From an uncultured bacterium (lineage in GTDB: Bacteria > Armatimonadota > Hebobacteria > CAIYQO01): a DNA stretch of 64,000 nucleotides. The stretch spans positions 4,836 to 68,835 of the forward strand of contig CAZWZF010000019.1 of NCBI GenBank assembly GCA_964638715.1. Reading direction: 5' to 3'. The notes under the pieces were generated by a model. The model was given only the letters and a program-made list of their open reading frames with translations. It searched no databases and had not been told where the DNA came from. The translations under genes were made by a program, and so were the position numbers. Below are positions 50,501-59,294 of this stretch, piece after piece; positions within the stretch are counted from its first letter, which is position 1, and every line of letters begins with the position of its first letter.

Positions 50501-51371
50501 CATTGATTTTTTCTATGGGAGTTTTATCGTTTCTGGTAACAGAAAATAGTGATGTTTCATGAAGAATAAGTAATCGGCCATCTTTAGTCAACGCGATATC
50601 GCGTAAACCGTTATCAATTGTTAAAGAATCGATAATTGTGTAATTGTCTGGATTTACCCATGCAATATGACCGTTATGTGATGCTGAAACTAATTGGTCA
50701 TTGAATGAATCAACAAGTTCTGGTTTGACAGGTTTATCAACCGTTCCGATATTAAGGCTTACAGTTCTCTGTCTTTCACCTGTCATGGCATCAAGGAGAT
50801 ACAGGTTATTTTTTTTAGTATTGCCATTCTGCGATTGAAAATAGAGTTTTTTTCCATCAACAGATATATCTGAACCACCATCCCAACCTTCTAAAGTAGG
50901 TGATACCCATTGATAATCGCCATTTATTGATATTTTAGCGTTTTGGGGAGAACCTTCGGAAGATGCGGATGTCAGATATAGGAAACCATTTTCACAAGAA
51001 ATTGAAGCTATCCCGCCGTGTTGGCCGGGCCATGCTTTTTCTTTGTAGCTGGTACCTACAGAAAAAAGATATTCTGATTTCATTCCCTGTGAGGTAAGCA
51101 GTTTCCAGGTATATTTACCGGCAGCAGTCGGTTTTCCAGCAGAGTCTAAACCGTCCCATGAAATAATTTGTTTACCGACGTCCTGTTGGTCTGCATTCAG
51201 CAATGTGCGTACCTGATGGTTTTGCGAGTCATAGATTGCCAGTGAAACTCGTCCGGCTTTTGGCAAAACATAACTGATATCAACACAATATACTGTAAAA
51301 GTAAAGGCGAAGAGACAAAATATCATAATATATTTTGATATAGAAATAGATTCATTAAAACATGATTTCAT
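47553..51371 (-). CDS. Secreted 1272-aa FlgD Ig - NHL propeller - PA14 - Calx-beta-like - discoidin-like protein (divergent paralogue)
   Basis: WDGLDSAGKP..AGKYTW; WPGQHGG; APRRTAHF; PA14 GSGLKTQYF..SVRWSGFL; GNAQAGIDY; FDLGSIY.L..MHVWNYN...VGLAEVWF. Confidence 0.75.
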   Translation of the reverse strand: MKSCFNESISISKYIMIFCLFAFTFTVYCVDISYVLPKAGRVSLAIYDSQNHQVRTLLNADQQDVGKQIISWDGLDSAGKPTAAGKYTWKLLTSQGMKSEYLFSVGTSYKEKAWPGQHGGIASISCENGFLYLTSASSEGSPQNAKISINGDYQWVSPTLEGWDGGSDISVDGKKLYFQSQNGNTKKNNLYLLDAMTGERQRTVSLNIGTVDKPVKPELVDSFNDQLVSASHNGHIAWVNPDNYTIIDSLTIDNGLRDIALTKDGRLLILHETSLFSVTRNDKTPIEKINGLTSASRIAIDHVNDNIFIADGGACQQVKQYDADFKLIKTYGKAGGREEGLYEPANFLNVSDIAGDGKGGFVISEYESAPRRTAHFDKDGKVLAEWFGGQQFYTFPAPDPVDPKYVWIDSQWGWIMQCEINPANKTWYPHACYKWGGNTPSTLVGRYKMAVPHWVMRRAANKNGPIDTYIYSGAHSGLLMKVDEAGKCLRPVSILSLLIADDRWGWSKTPIEKLPTQWLDAITKLGENPKDSGSRARHRGFAWTDLNGDNEFQADEFRLYNQSVEHMGGSLWMDQDLNIFLMRGWDTKNKAAWLKFPTQGYTAAGAPIWDWSKFEEGPVTPYTSSPALCGDNDGNIYVIQYGGKGDGYAADGTYGAAHGFAWPANQTDSNAISKYDKDKNLLWQSGYHAAKQNNLPGQLQYPCRIAGIVNGTIGVCDKVVQPVIFWTEDGLYAGSIFDRHADDGLPASVYTWWSTDPNDRGFNAQSPFQYDMLEGGSLVKSTNGDVLFYGSGWNNCPVYRITGWNQFSRQNGTIEITGTTPTPALAKGSGLKTQYFMSADLSGKELIVPEDEAVSKRLWYDVKHPMTILTQPTPDIEKTEITPRDATPGSVRWSGFLEAKYSGLTELGIYGKYVRMWIGGKLMVEGWNSNGSKFFTEPLMLEAGKRIKIVIEHKLPKSKEDFHLVWEGTSQQIEHIPTEYLYMEDDKFDAAKMPLIAIETISPQTDRSKTAIVPGLIKITRNGNITKPVKATLIVSGNAQAGIDYKPLPRYVAFAENQSSVDLQITPLPEKIPTMPTTVSVSVQVSHYYLIDSKATGSISIYNSNYKPIQGVTVTSPDATDDIKKIVDGSGLNMDTVPVQHDLLLQNQWYTRQPYKEKNPTMTFDLGSIYDLKNMHVWNYNDERAFGGDKSVGAKTVDIYISENLPDNLQFWGTVVFPRATNTKTYIGNDIPIKARTRYVKFIIRNIYDYPWDTPLVAVGLAEVWFYGDKIK

Positions 51372-51415
51372 AATTCTCCTGCCTTTTTATAGATATTTTA
51401 TAATATTAACAAATT

Positions 51416-51445
51416 GGGGAACGTTTTAATTAATATCCGTTCCCC
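51416..51445. terminator. Intergenic hairpin (stabiliser or partial terminator)
   Basis: GGGGAACG-N14-CGTTCCCC just after the stop of 51462-55223. Confidence 0.45.
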
Positions 51446-51461
51446 TATTAATATTTAAAGA

Positions 51462-54400
51462 TTATTCAACCAGTGCTGTGCCCCATTCTGCAGGTTCTAA
51501 TCGACTTTCATTTGGAATGTCATTGGTGACATTGGCACTGAAGCCGTTGTTCATCCAGTAGGCGCGGGCAGCACATTGGGTACCCATGTCGTTGCCAAAA
51601 AGGTATCCCAAATCCATTTTTATAGTTTTCCCCGGTAATGGCTTCCAGTTAATTGCAGTTAACGGTAAAGTAACTGTAGCAGTAAATCCGTTGGTTCCTT
51701 TTCTGTAATCAAGTGTGAAAGTATTGATTACTTCAATTGAATCAAATGATTCTGTGCCGGTGGGTGATTTAAGTATAATCGGCTCTCCCTTGAAATCAGC
51801 GACTTTAGGTCGATAAAGTACAGCATACGGCTTATTTGCCTGGCGGGTTATTAATACCCGCAGGTCGCCTACAGCAGGTTTTTTACGTTTTTCGTCAGCA
51901 TTCGGGTCGGTAGCTATTTGAATATCAAGACAGTTACCGCTATGGAATAGATATTTCAGTTCGGTCTCTGCATTAATTAGCTGATTAGGTGATGTAATAT
52001 CAAATTTAATGTAAAGATTATTGTCATCATAAGCTGCTCGTGCTTCAAAACTGCGATTATTATCCACTGCTTTCGATACTGGTTCTGCCATATCTAATGC
52101 GGTACGACCACGAACGATAGTCAGTTTTTTACTGCGGGCGATAGATGCATTGTATTCATCAAATTTAGATTTTGCCAATGCAGCATCTTCCGGGGTTATT
52201 TCGTAAATTCCACCGGTGATTGGTTCAATGGTATCCAACCCGTAAACTTCCCAGACGCGTGAATCCTGACCGCCATGAATGATGAAATATCTTTCCGGAC
52301 CATTCGGGTCTGGACGTAGTTTAACAAATTCTCCACCTTGGCCTTCCGGTTGTCCTTCATCTGCACCTCGGCCACCTAGGCGACCATCGCCTAATATTGC
52401 GGCGACATAAATGCCGTCTCGGGTGAATATATGGTTGCACCCGAAGTATGTCATCATGGCGAAGTAATCGCCTGCGGTACCCATCGGTCCGGTCATACCG
52501 TGCAATTTTCCAGGGCCTACCATAGGCATATTCAAAGCATAATGCCATCCGACTATGCCATTGTATTGCCACAATGCCTCGCCTTTCTCATTCCACTTAA
52601 CCAAATTTCCATTAGAAGAATAACTGAATCCATCTGGATCGCGCCAGAAATAACCGCCGACTTTGCCGACTAATGGTGTTGATGCAAATTTCGAAACATC
52701 ATAATGCGGCCAACCGCCTTCGGTTTTGCCATCAGCTTTCAATTGATGACCTGAGCTGAAATAAATATTTAAGTCAGCGTCAACCCAGGCCATGTTAAGT
52801 CCCCATATTCCTTTGGGCAATGGTTTAACTTCTTCTTTCTGGTAAATCTGGTCATTATTTTCATCCTGCCACAAATAATAACCGTTAGGGAATACTTTTT
52901 TGTCACTTAACAATGGACTTCCTTGACCACCATAAAGAATTGAATCGTAAACACCAATAACGGCAAGGAATGGTTTGAATACATCACCATCGCGGTGATA
53001 CATCAATCTTTTAAATTGACCGCCACCCGTCATATATTGTTTTCCATCATTAGCGGTGAATATTTTGCACAGTCCTTGATAACCATCAGGATTCGGTTCT
53101 TCTGCCATATCAGGACTGGTTTTTCGCCAAATAGTTGTGGAGGGTGTGCCTTTTAGTTTTTTCCAGTCAATAGTCCATAGTACGTCGTGAGCTAATATTT
53201 CATCAGGTTTAGCGGGGTCAATATACCCGTAACCAAAATATGATGAACCTCCGAAATATTCCGCCAGATTTTTTCCGGTCAATGTATCCCATACGCTTAT
53301 GCGTTTGGGTCCGTCAGCAGTTTCGGCAACCCACAGGCGGTTTTGTTCGTCAAGAGATATACCGCCTGGCATGAAAATGCCTTCCGGGTCGTATTTGCCA
53401 ACTGCCGGACGTCCGCCTGGTTTACCGAGATGACGCAATAGTTTGCCGTTTGCATCAAATGCGTCGAAATCCTGACTTTTGCCGGAGTTGGATACATAAA
53501 TCGTGCCGTCGGTACCGACTGATATGCCAGTTGTATTGTCAAGTCCGGTTTCAACAATAGTTGTTACCTTTCCATCTTGTACCTTCAGGATTTTATCTGT
53601 GCTGAGCACAGCTAATGATCCATCTGGTTGAATAGACATCCGGCGTGGTGCCGGTACTGTCCATGTTGTCAATAATTCACCTTTGTCAGCAGAATATATG
53701 CCAATTAAATCGCGTTTTGCGTAACTTACGTAAATTTTACCGGCATTGTATGCTAATCCGGTTACTTTATCAGTTTCTTTTGTTCCGCCATCTGGTGCGA
53801 TTAATGATGGTTTGTTATTTCCAAACGTTGTCGGCCGGGAATCAATCAGGTCTAATACCTGGACACCAAGTTCATTAAATCCCCAGTCGCCAGCGATATA
53901 TAGCTGTTTGCCGTTTGTCGCTATATGTTCCGCAACATGTTTGGTTCCCCACATTTTTTTGCCATTCAGGTCTACTCTAATAATTCCCCATCCATATTCA
54001 CAGCCGTTCCATGCCAATACCATGCCGCCGGGAACTGTGCAAACCGTTGATGGTGTGCCATGGTCGCCGCCCCAACCGCCTTTGTTGTCATTAGTAGGCC
54101 AGGGGGGATTGCCGGAATTATGCACGCTGAATGATACTTTCCATTTTATCGGATCATGCTGGACGCCTTTCCAGGTATATTTTCCCGCCGGCAGCGGCTT
54201 GCCTTGATCATCCAATCCATCCCATGCTTCGGTATTTTTACCAGCACGACGATCCTGCTGCGGTATAAGCATTCGCGCAACGTTATTTTTCTCGTCAAAT
54301 AATTGAATTGATATCTGACGGTCTTTGGGCAATTCATAACTAAATTTTAACGGCAATGGCTTTTCCGGCGGCATTCCTTCTTCTACCATTGTCTTGGGAA

Positions 54401-55223
54401 GATTGCCTTTTTCAGCAAATGACATTTTACCCCAGGTGCCGGAATCCTGGAAAGGAAATCCCGGTCTTCCCATAACATCATAAGCCCAGGCAGCACCGCC
54501 AGCGGTTTTTAGGCCATCGGGGGTACTCCAGAATACGGCAAAACAAGTTGCCATCAGGTCGTTAGCTTTTGGTGCGCGTTTCAAACCCATGGTATCAAAA
54601 GGTATTCGATATTCGAGTGTATATCCTAAACCGTCATCAGCTTTCTTGTAAGCACCCTGAAAGTGATCAGCGGGGATAACGCCATTCGCGGATAAGTCTG
54701 GACGAATGGGCAAGGTTTGATTAACCATGCTGCGAAATATTGACAGGTTAGCCTCTTTGCGATCGGTGAAATACCACAGAAACATGGTGGCAACCGGCGG
54801 CAAAGTATCTGTTTTATTGAAGGTGCTGTTATTAATAGGATATGGCAAATCGGGGTCAAGGCTGAACCAAACCTGGCAGACATCGGCATCCCAGGCTTTT
54901 TCCGGGTCAACTTTCGGGTCGTGACGATTCATCATGGGCGAGTTATCGCGGACAATTGCTGAAATATAGAGCGCATCTTTGTCATACATCAGTGCGATTT
55001 TTGCACCTTGTGTTTCCGCTGTTTCAGCCACGACATAACTGTGAATTTGACCGGAGAGATCCCAGTCGTTGAGATTCCCGTCAATTACTACTTTGCCAGG
55101 TACAGGAACCGCATAAATTTTCTTATGCAATCCGCGGCCTACGTCGGCAAGAGCAGAGATGCTGCTCATAATGATAAATGCTGCCAGCAAAATGGCAGTC
55201 GTCAAACGGTTCAAATTTTTCAT
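51462..55223 (-). CDS. Secreted 1253-aa CBM9-like - FlgD Ig - NHL propeller - CBM9-like protein (paralogue 3)
   Basis: VVIDGNLNDWDLSG; WDGLDDQGKPLPAGKYTW; SGNPPW..WGGDHGTP; ends SANVTNDIPNESRLEPAEWGTALVE. Confidence 0.8.
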   Translation of the reverse strand: MKNLNRLTTAILLAAFIIMSSISALADVGRGLHKKIYAVPVPGKVVIDGNLNDWDLSGQIHSYVVAETAETQGAKIALMYDKDALYISAIVRDNSPMMNRHDPKVDPEKAWDADVCQVWFSLDPDLPYPINNSTFNKTDTLPPVATMFLWYFTDRKEANLSIFRSMVNQTLPIRPDLSANGVIPADHFQGAYKKADDGLGYTLEYRIPFDTMGLKRAPKANDLMATCFAVFWSTPDGLKTAGGAAWAYDVMGRPGFPFQDSGTWGKMSFAEKGNLPKTMVEEGMPPEKPLPLKFSYELPKDRQISIQLFDEKNNVARMLIPQQDRRAGKNTEAWDGLDDQGKPLPAGKYTWKGVQHDPIKWKVSFSVHNSGNPPWPTNDNKGGWGGDHGTPSTVCTVPGGMVLAWNGCEYGWGIIRVDLNGKKMWGTKHVAEHIATNGKQLYIAGDWGFNELGVQVLDLIDSRPTTFGNNKPSLIAPDGGTKETDKVTGLAYNAGKIYVSYAKRDLIGIYSADKGELLTTWTVPAPRRMSIQPDGSLAVLSTDKILKVQDGKVTTIVETGLDNTTGISVGTDGTIYVSNSGKSQDFDAFDANGKLLRHLGKPGGRPAVGKYDPEGIFMPGGISLDEQNRLWVAETADGPKRISVWDTLTGKNLAEYFGGSSYFGYGYIDPAKPDEILAHDVLWTIDWKKLKGTPSTTIWRKTSPDMAEEPNPDGYQGLCKIFTANDGKQYMTGGGQFKRLMYHRDGDVFKPFLAVIGVYDSILYGGQGSPLLSDKKVFPNGYYLWQDENNDQIYQKEEVKPLPKGIWGLNMAWVDADLNIYFSSGHQLKADGKTEGGWPHYDVSKFASTPLVGKVGGYFWRDPDGFSYSSNGNLVKWNEKGEALWQYNGIVGWHYALNMPMVGPGKLHGMTGPMGTAGDYFAMMTYFGCNHIFTRDGIYVAAILGDGRLGGRGADEGQPEGQGGEFVKLRPDPNGPERYFIIHGGQDSRVWEVYGLDTIEPITGGIYEITPEDAALAKSKFDEYNASIARSKKLTIVRGRTALDMAEPVSKAVDNNRSFEARAAYDDNNLYIKFDITSPNQLINAETELKYLFHSGNCLDIQIATDPNADEKRKKPAVGDLRVLITRQANKPYAVLYRPKVADFKGEPIILKSPTGTESFDSIEVINTFTLDYRKGTNGFTATVTLPLTAINWKPLPGKTIKMDLGYLFGNDMGTQCAARAYWMNNGFSANVTNDIPNESRLEPAEWGTALVE

Positions 55224-55236
55224 TTGAAATGCTCCT

Positions 55237-56565
55237 TTATTCTATTTTTACTGGATTATTTAACAGCTTAATATGATTTAACAATTCTGGTATTGGAATG
55301 TTTCTGGTATCTGTTTTCAGTTTTGCAGTCATGGCGGCGGCGATACCGGCGGCAGCGCCTACACTTGCCATAATGGGTTGGACTCGGTATGCGCTCATTG
55401 CCAGATGGGTTCCGCTGATGGATTTTCCGGCTATCAGCAAGCCTTCCGTTCCACGGGGAACTAATGCACCGTAAGGAATTCCGGCTAATACATCGGTGCG
55501 CGGCAATTGATGATGTTCACCCCAGGCATCAAGGAAGAATCCGCAATGTGCTATAGTGTCATCCGGGAATCGGCTTGCCAGTAAATCGGTCGCGGTTACT
55601 ACTGCTTCACCCATGACACGACGCGATTCGCGTACTCCAAGTTTTGGAGCTAAATGCACGATATAGCCACTATCCTGCATCAGTTTTATCATTGGGTTCA
55701 GTTTTGTCAGTGCTTCATCCTGTGCGTTTGCCAACGCGACAGCATCGCGAGTGTCATCACATACTACCGTCGCTCCCCAGTGTAGATAAGTACCGGCTTT
55801 TCGTATATTTACTTCTTTTTCTTCTTTTTGAATCCAACCGTAGTTTGACTCTACCAGACCTTTACCCAGCATTTCATCCGGGAAAACAGCATCTGGTCGA
55901 AGCCGCTGGCTTATGAACATCCAGGTGCATGGTTGAACCTTGTTATCGGCAACATCCGGTCCGTAAGCTTCATTAAAATCGCTGCGGGCATTGCGGCCAT
56001 ATTGAACTTCACATCCAGCTAATTCGGCAATTAATCCTGTTCCAGTGGCATCAATAGTTATTGACGCGGTATAAGCGCGTGATGCCTTACCTGGAGAATC
56101 AACAACAACACCATGGACGCGACGGCGGTTGCCGTCTTCGCTTACTAATACTCGTGAAACTGGTGAACCGCAAATTAAGGTAAGATTGCTTTCCGCACGC
56201 ATCATTTCGCGGAGAACCTGCAAGTATGCAGTTGGGGTATACCAGTAATCGCGGCCATCTGCGCCGTCGACGAAATTTTCAACTGGTGATCCAGACAGGT
56301 TGTGGTACTTGTTCAATCGCTGTGCCATTTCCAGAAATATGCCTACTCGTGGCCCGCCGCATAGCATGGCAACAGACATATCTACCGGCGCGCCACCCGG
56401 AACCATATCCTCTTCAAGTAAAATTACTTTTGCACCCTGGCGCGCGGCAGCGATAGCAGCGGGGATTCCCGATGCGCCGGCACCTATTACTAATACATCA
56501 CAATTGACTGCATCCTGTGAGATGTAATCCATTTGCCATTCTGATGGTTTACAATTTAAAATCAT
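55237..56565 (-). CDS. FAD-dependent oxidoreductase (FAD_oxidored family)
   Basis: DVLVIGAGASG..AAIAAAR.G, IDATGTG, LGVRESRR, GIPYGALVP, AGKSISGTH.A..AYRV. Confidence 0.92.
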   Translation of the reverse strand: MILNCKPSEWQMDYISQDAVNCDVLVIGAGASGIPAAIAAARQGAKVILLEEDMVPGGAPVDMSVAMLCGGPRVGIFLEMAQRLNKYHNLSGSPVENFVDGADGRDYWYTPTAYLQVLREMMRAESNLTLICGSPVSRVLVSEDGNRRRVHGVVVDSPGKASRAYTASITIDATGTGLIAELAGCEVQYGRNARSDFNEAYGPDVADNKVQPCTWMFISQRLRPDAVFPDEMLGKGLVESNYGWIQKEEKEVNIRKAGTYLHWGATVVCDDTRDAVALANAQDEALTKLNPMIKLMQDSGYIVHLAPKLGVRESRRVMGEAVVTATDLLASRFPDDTIAHCGFFLDAWGEHHQLPRTDVLAGIPYGALVPRGTEGLLIAGKSISGTHLAMSAYRVQPIMASVGAAAGIAAAMTAKLKTDTRNIPIPELLNHIKLLNNPVKIE

Positions 56566-56621
56566 GAACTTTCCTTTTGAACAATTATAGCATGCTGGAT
56601 TTATATCATGCTTTACTAATA

Positions 56622-57641
56622 CTATAATTCCGTCTGCTTAACTGCTTTTCCTACTGCTTTTAACTGTTCAATAAAAGGTTCGGGAATTATTCCAGATGTA
56701 CTGACCGGAACATCCCAGGTAATAACACCACCGTGACTGGTGATATATTTTGTATATCCAACAATCAGTTCGGTGGGGAATCGCGGTGGAGATGCTGACC
56801 ACCATGGACCGAGGAAGTTAAATACATGATAGCGCGCTTGATTTACGAATGGCTTGATTGGTCCGTTGTTGCACCATTCCGGGTTATCGCCAAAACCGAA
56901 ACCGCCAACCGGCAAATCGCCGGTTAATTCGCCGGCAGTATAGTCGTCGTATATTGATGATGTAACTACCGGAACCCGTACCCCGGTGTTGAAAGATATT
57001 ATCGCGTCCGGGTTTCCTGCTCTTAATGCTTTTTTATAGCTGTTATAATTCGGTTCTTCATTCTCCGGGTATCTTTCTTTTGGCGCGTATGCGCCATCTA
57101 CCCACCAGCCACGAACTTTATTACCAAATCGCAGCGACCAGTCAGCGCAGATTTCTTCCCAGATATGTTGAAATTCCGGCAGGCGGAATTGCTGCCATGT
57201 TGGACCGGATGCATCATTCCAATCAACAATCCTATCTTTATCACTCCAATGTGCGGTCATTTTCATACCAATTCGTGCGATTGGGTCAGCATTGGATCCA
57301 TCAGCAGGGACATAAGCCATCAATGGTATTCCATAGGGCTGTAATGCGTCATATAAATCAGAAACAAGGTCACGCTGCGAGCATTTACTGGGGAATTGAC
57401 CAACATATTTATCGTATGTTTCATTGGGACAACAATAATGCCCGGAACCTTGGCCAAGGGTGATAAAATAGTAGCCTGCACCAGTAGATGCTACCTGGGC
57501 GGCAAGTGCTTTAACATTAAAACTATCAACCATCCTGTTCCACTCGTCAGCAGTAGTCGACGCAGTAGTTAGATAGTGGTTGAATACACCCCATTTGGCA
57601 TTGCAAAACCATTGCGTTTTATCGTTATTCAATGTTGTCAT
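56622..57641 (-). CDS. Alpha-L-fucosidase-like (GH29-related) hydrolase
   Basis: WF..AKWGVFNHY, GAGY, RDLV, GWWVDG, NPDAIISFN. Confidence 0.75.
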   Translation of the reverse strand: MTTLNNDKTQWFCNAKWGVFNHYLTTASTTADEWNRMVDSFNVKALAAQVASTGAGYYFITLGQGSGHYCCPNETYDKYVGQFPSKCSQRDLVSDLYDALQPYGIPLMAYVPADGSNADPIARIGMKMTAHWSDKDRIVDWNDASGPTWQQFRLPEFQHIWEEICADWSLRFGNKVRGWWVDGAYAPKERYPENEEPNYNSYKKALRAGNPDAIISFNTGVRVPVVTSSIYDDYTAGELTGDLPVGGFGFGDNPEWCNNGPIKPFVNQARYHVFNFLGPWWSASPPRFPTELIVGYTKYITSHGGVITWDVPVSTSGIIPEPFIEQLKAVGKAVKQTEL

Positions 57642-57682
57642 GTATATTAATGACTCCCGTTGTGTTAAATAATTGTAAGCAG

Positions 57683-57698
57683 TGTATACCGGATTACA
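57683..57698. promoter_or_regulatory. LacI-type operator A, copy 3
   Basis: TGTATACCGGATTACA; flanks also match copy 1 (AGTGTATACCGGATTACAAwATTAGA). Confidence 0.8.
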
Positions 57699-57763
57699 AT
57701 ATTAGATACTGAACACTGCTGTTTGTTGCTGTTTGATGGTAAAAAAACGAAAATAGATAGTTG

Positions 57764-57779
57764 TCGGAACCGCTCCCGA
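57764..57779. promoter_or_regulatory. LacI-type operator B (TCGGAACCGCTCCCGA), copy 1
   Basis: Imperfect palindrome with central CG, identical copy at 59170-59185. Confidence 0.75.
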
Positions 57780-57867
57780 TGTCGATTATTAAATTTACCA
57801 TAAAAATGAGATATATCGCAAGAGAATGTGGGGAGAAAATTATAATAATTTACTTTAGAGTAGCAAC

Positions 57868-57895
57868 GCGGGAAGCAATATAACTTGCTTCCCGC
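57868..57895 (-). terminator. Hairpin downstream of prepilin gene
   Basis: GCGGGAAGCAA-TATAAC-TTGCTTCCCGC, 11-bp stem. Confidence 0.65.
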
Positions 57896-57902
57896 AATTA
57901 TT

Positions 57903-59147
57903 CTATTTCAATGCGTATTTTGCCATTAGGTTGGCTTCGACTGTTTGCCGGTTAGCGTCTGACAGCGCGGATTTATAGGTAATAATCTCTGCTATTTCAC
58001 CGCGATAATATGAGCCGTAAGTAGGGGTATTGGTACAATATCCAAGACGTACAGCGCATCCGGTAGCATTTTGATAGATATTATCTATTGTTGAGTCGCT
58101 GCCGACTGTCCAGGTAATTGGCACTTGCTTGCCATTTATATATACAGTTTTGCGTGCTGATGATAGCGCATCCCAGATGCGGAATGAAATTAAGGTGGCA
58201 GAATTTGTTACACCGCTGAAACTGCCCACGCTTCGCGAACCTGCCCAGTCATACGTGCAATCAAATCCGTTTGGCCGCAGGAACAGTCCACAGCTATGGT
58301 CGTCGCGTTCATTTGTAAGGATAACTCCACTGAAGTTTGCCGGTCGGATGACCATGAAAACGGTGGTGGATTGATGTGCAGATGTTGTACCTACGAACCA
58401 GGGATTAGTGCCTGATGATAAGAATAGATCGGTTGTTCCATTAAATGAAATTGTTGGCAGGTTATTAATGCCATTTGAATTATATGTTCCGGTACCGTTG
58501 AATGCCATTACATCACCTTGTGAATCCCAACGTGTTACCGCATTGCCAGTTTTTGTGACTCCGTATTTTGCATCCAGCCAATATCCCATTCCGGTTGGCC
58601 ATGCACCCGGGTAAAGCGGGGTGTCTGTTCTGGCTTCAACATGTCCGTCGGCGAATGAACCGATATATTTACCTGAGTGTCGCAATTCAAAATCCAGAGA
58701 GCTATATGCAACATTTCCAGTGAAAGGTGGTTGTGGTGCAGGCGCGGCAGCACCGGTTGGCGCTGAAGTGAAGGCAAATCCATCACCGGTTAATAGAGTA
58801 GACATCGGATCGATAATATCACCCAAGGCTTTTTCACTCACCTGGGAATTATAAACGTAGCTGTTAGGTTGCGATTTTCCTTTTGACGGGCAAATTATTA
58901 CCCCTGGATCAAGTGCAAGGCCAGTCCATACAGTATCTTCGCTTGGCAATGTTTCATCATGGTCCTGGCAATACATAGATATAGTGGCTGCAATCTGGCG
59001 TTGATTGCTTGTACAGGTAGTTTGCCTGGCTTTTTCTCTTGCCCGGGCAAATACTGGGAATAGAATAGCGGCGAGGATGGCTATAATAGCAATCACGACC
59101 AGCAGTTCAATCAGGGTGAACCCATGGGATTTTGAATGAGCTAACAT
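57903..59147 (-). CDS. Prepilin-type N-terminal cleavage/methylation protein (DUF1559, H-X9-DG motif) fused to LamG/ConA-like domain
   Basis: GFTLIELLVVIAIIAILAAILFPVFARAREKARQTTC.SN; HSGKYIGSFADGHVE; WLDA..W...YRGEIAEII.Y..ALS...VEANL..KY. Confidence 0.92.
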   Translation of the reverse strand: MLAHSKSHGFTLIELLVVIAIIAILAAILFPVFARAREKARQTTCTSNQRQIAATISMYCQDHDETLPSEDTVWTGLALDPGVIICPSKGKSQPNSYVYNSQVSEKALGDIIDPMSTLLTGDGFAFTSAPTGAAAPAPQPPFTGNVAYSSLDFELRHSGKYIGSFADGHVEARTDTPLYPGAWPTGMGYWLDAKYGVTKTGNAVTRWDSQGDVMAFNGTGTYNSNGINNLPTISFNGTTDLFLSSGTNPWFVGTTSAHQSTTVFMVIRPANFSGVILTNERDDHSCGLFLRPNGFDCTYDWAGSRSVGSFSGVTNSATLISFRIWDALSSARKTVYINGKQVPITWTVGSDSTIDNIYQNATGCAVRLGYCTNTPTYGSYYRGEIAEIITYKSALSDANRQTVEANLMAKYALK

Positions 59148-59169
59148 TACAATTCTCCTTTTACAGATA

Positions 59170-59185
59170 TCGGAACCGCTCCCGA
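59170..59185. promoter_or_regulatory. LacI-type operator B, copy 2
   Basis: ATATCGGAACCGCTCCCGATAT, 23 bp upstream of prepilin start. Confidence 0.75.
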
Positions 59186-59294
59186 TATTTTTGAATAATT
59201 ATATCATATAGTATTTAAAATTTGCAATAGTTATAATCATTTTTTAATTTTTTTTTCATTTCTTACTCTTTTTATGCTTTAACTTGTTTTTCTA

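Noticed and set aside
22342-55223. Flagellar hook assembly genes (flgD)
   Set aside because: The FlgD-Ig motif is a small embedded module in 1250-1300 aa secreted proteins; no flagellar genes are present
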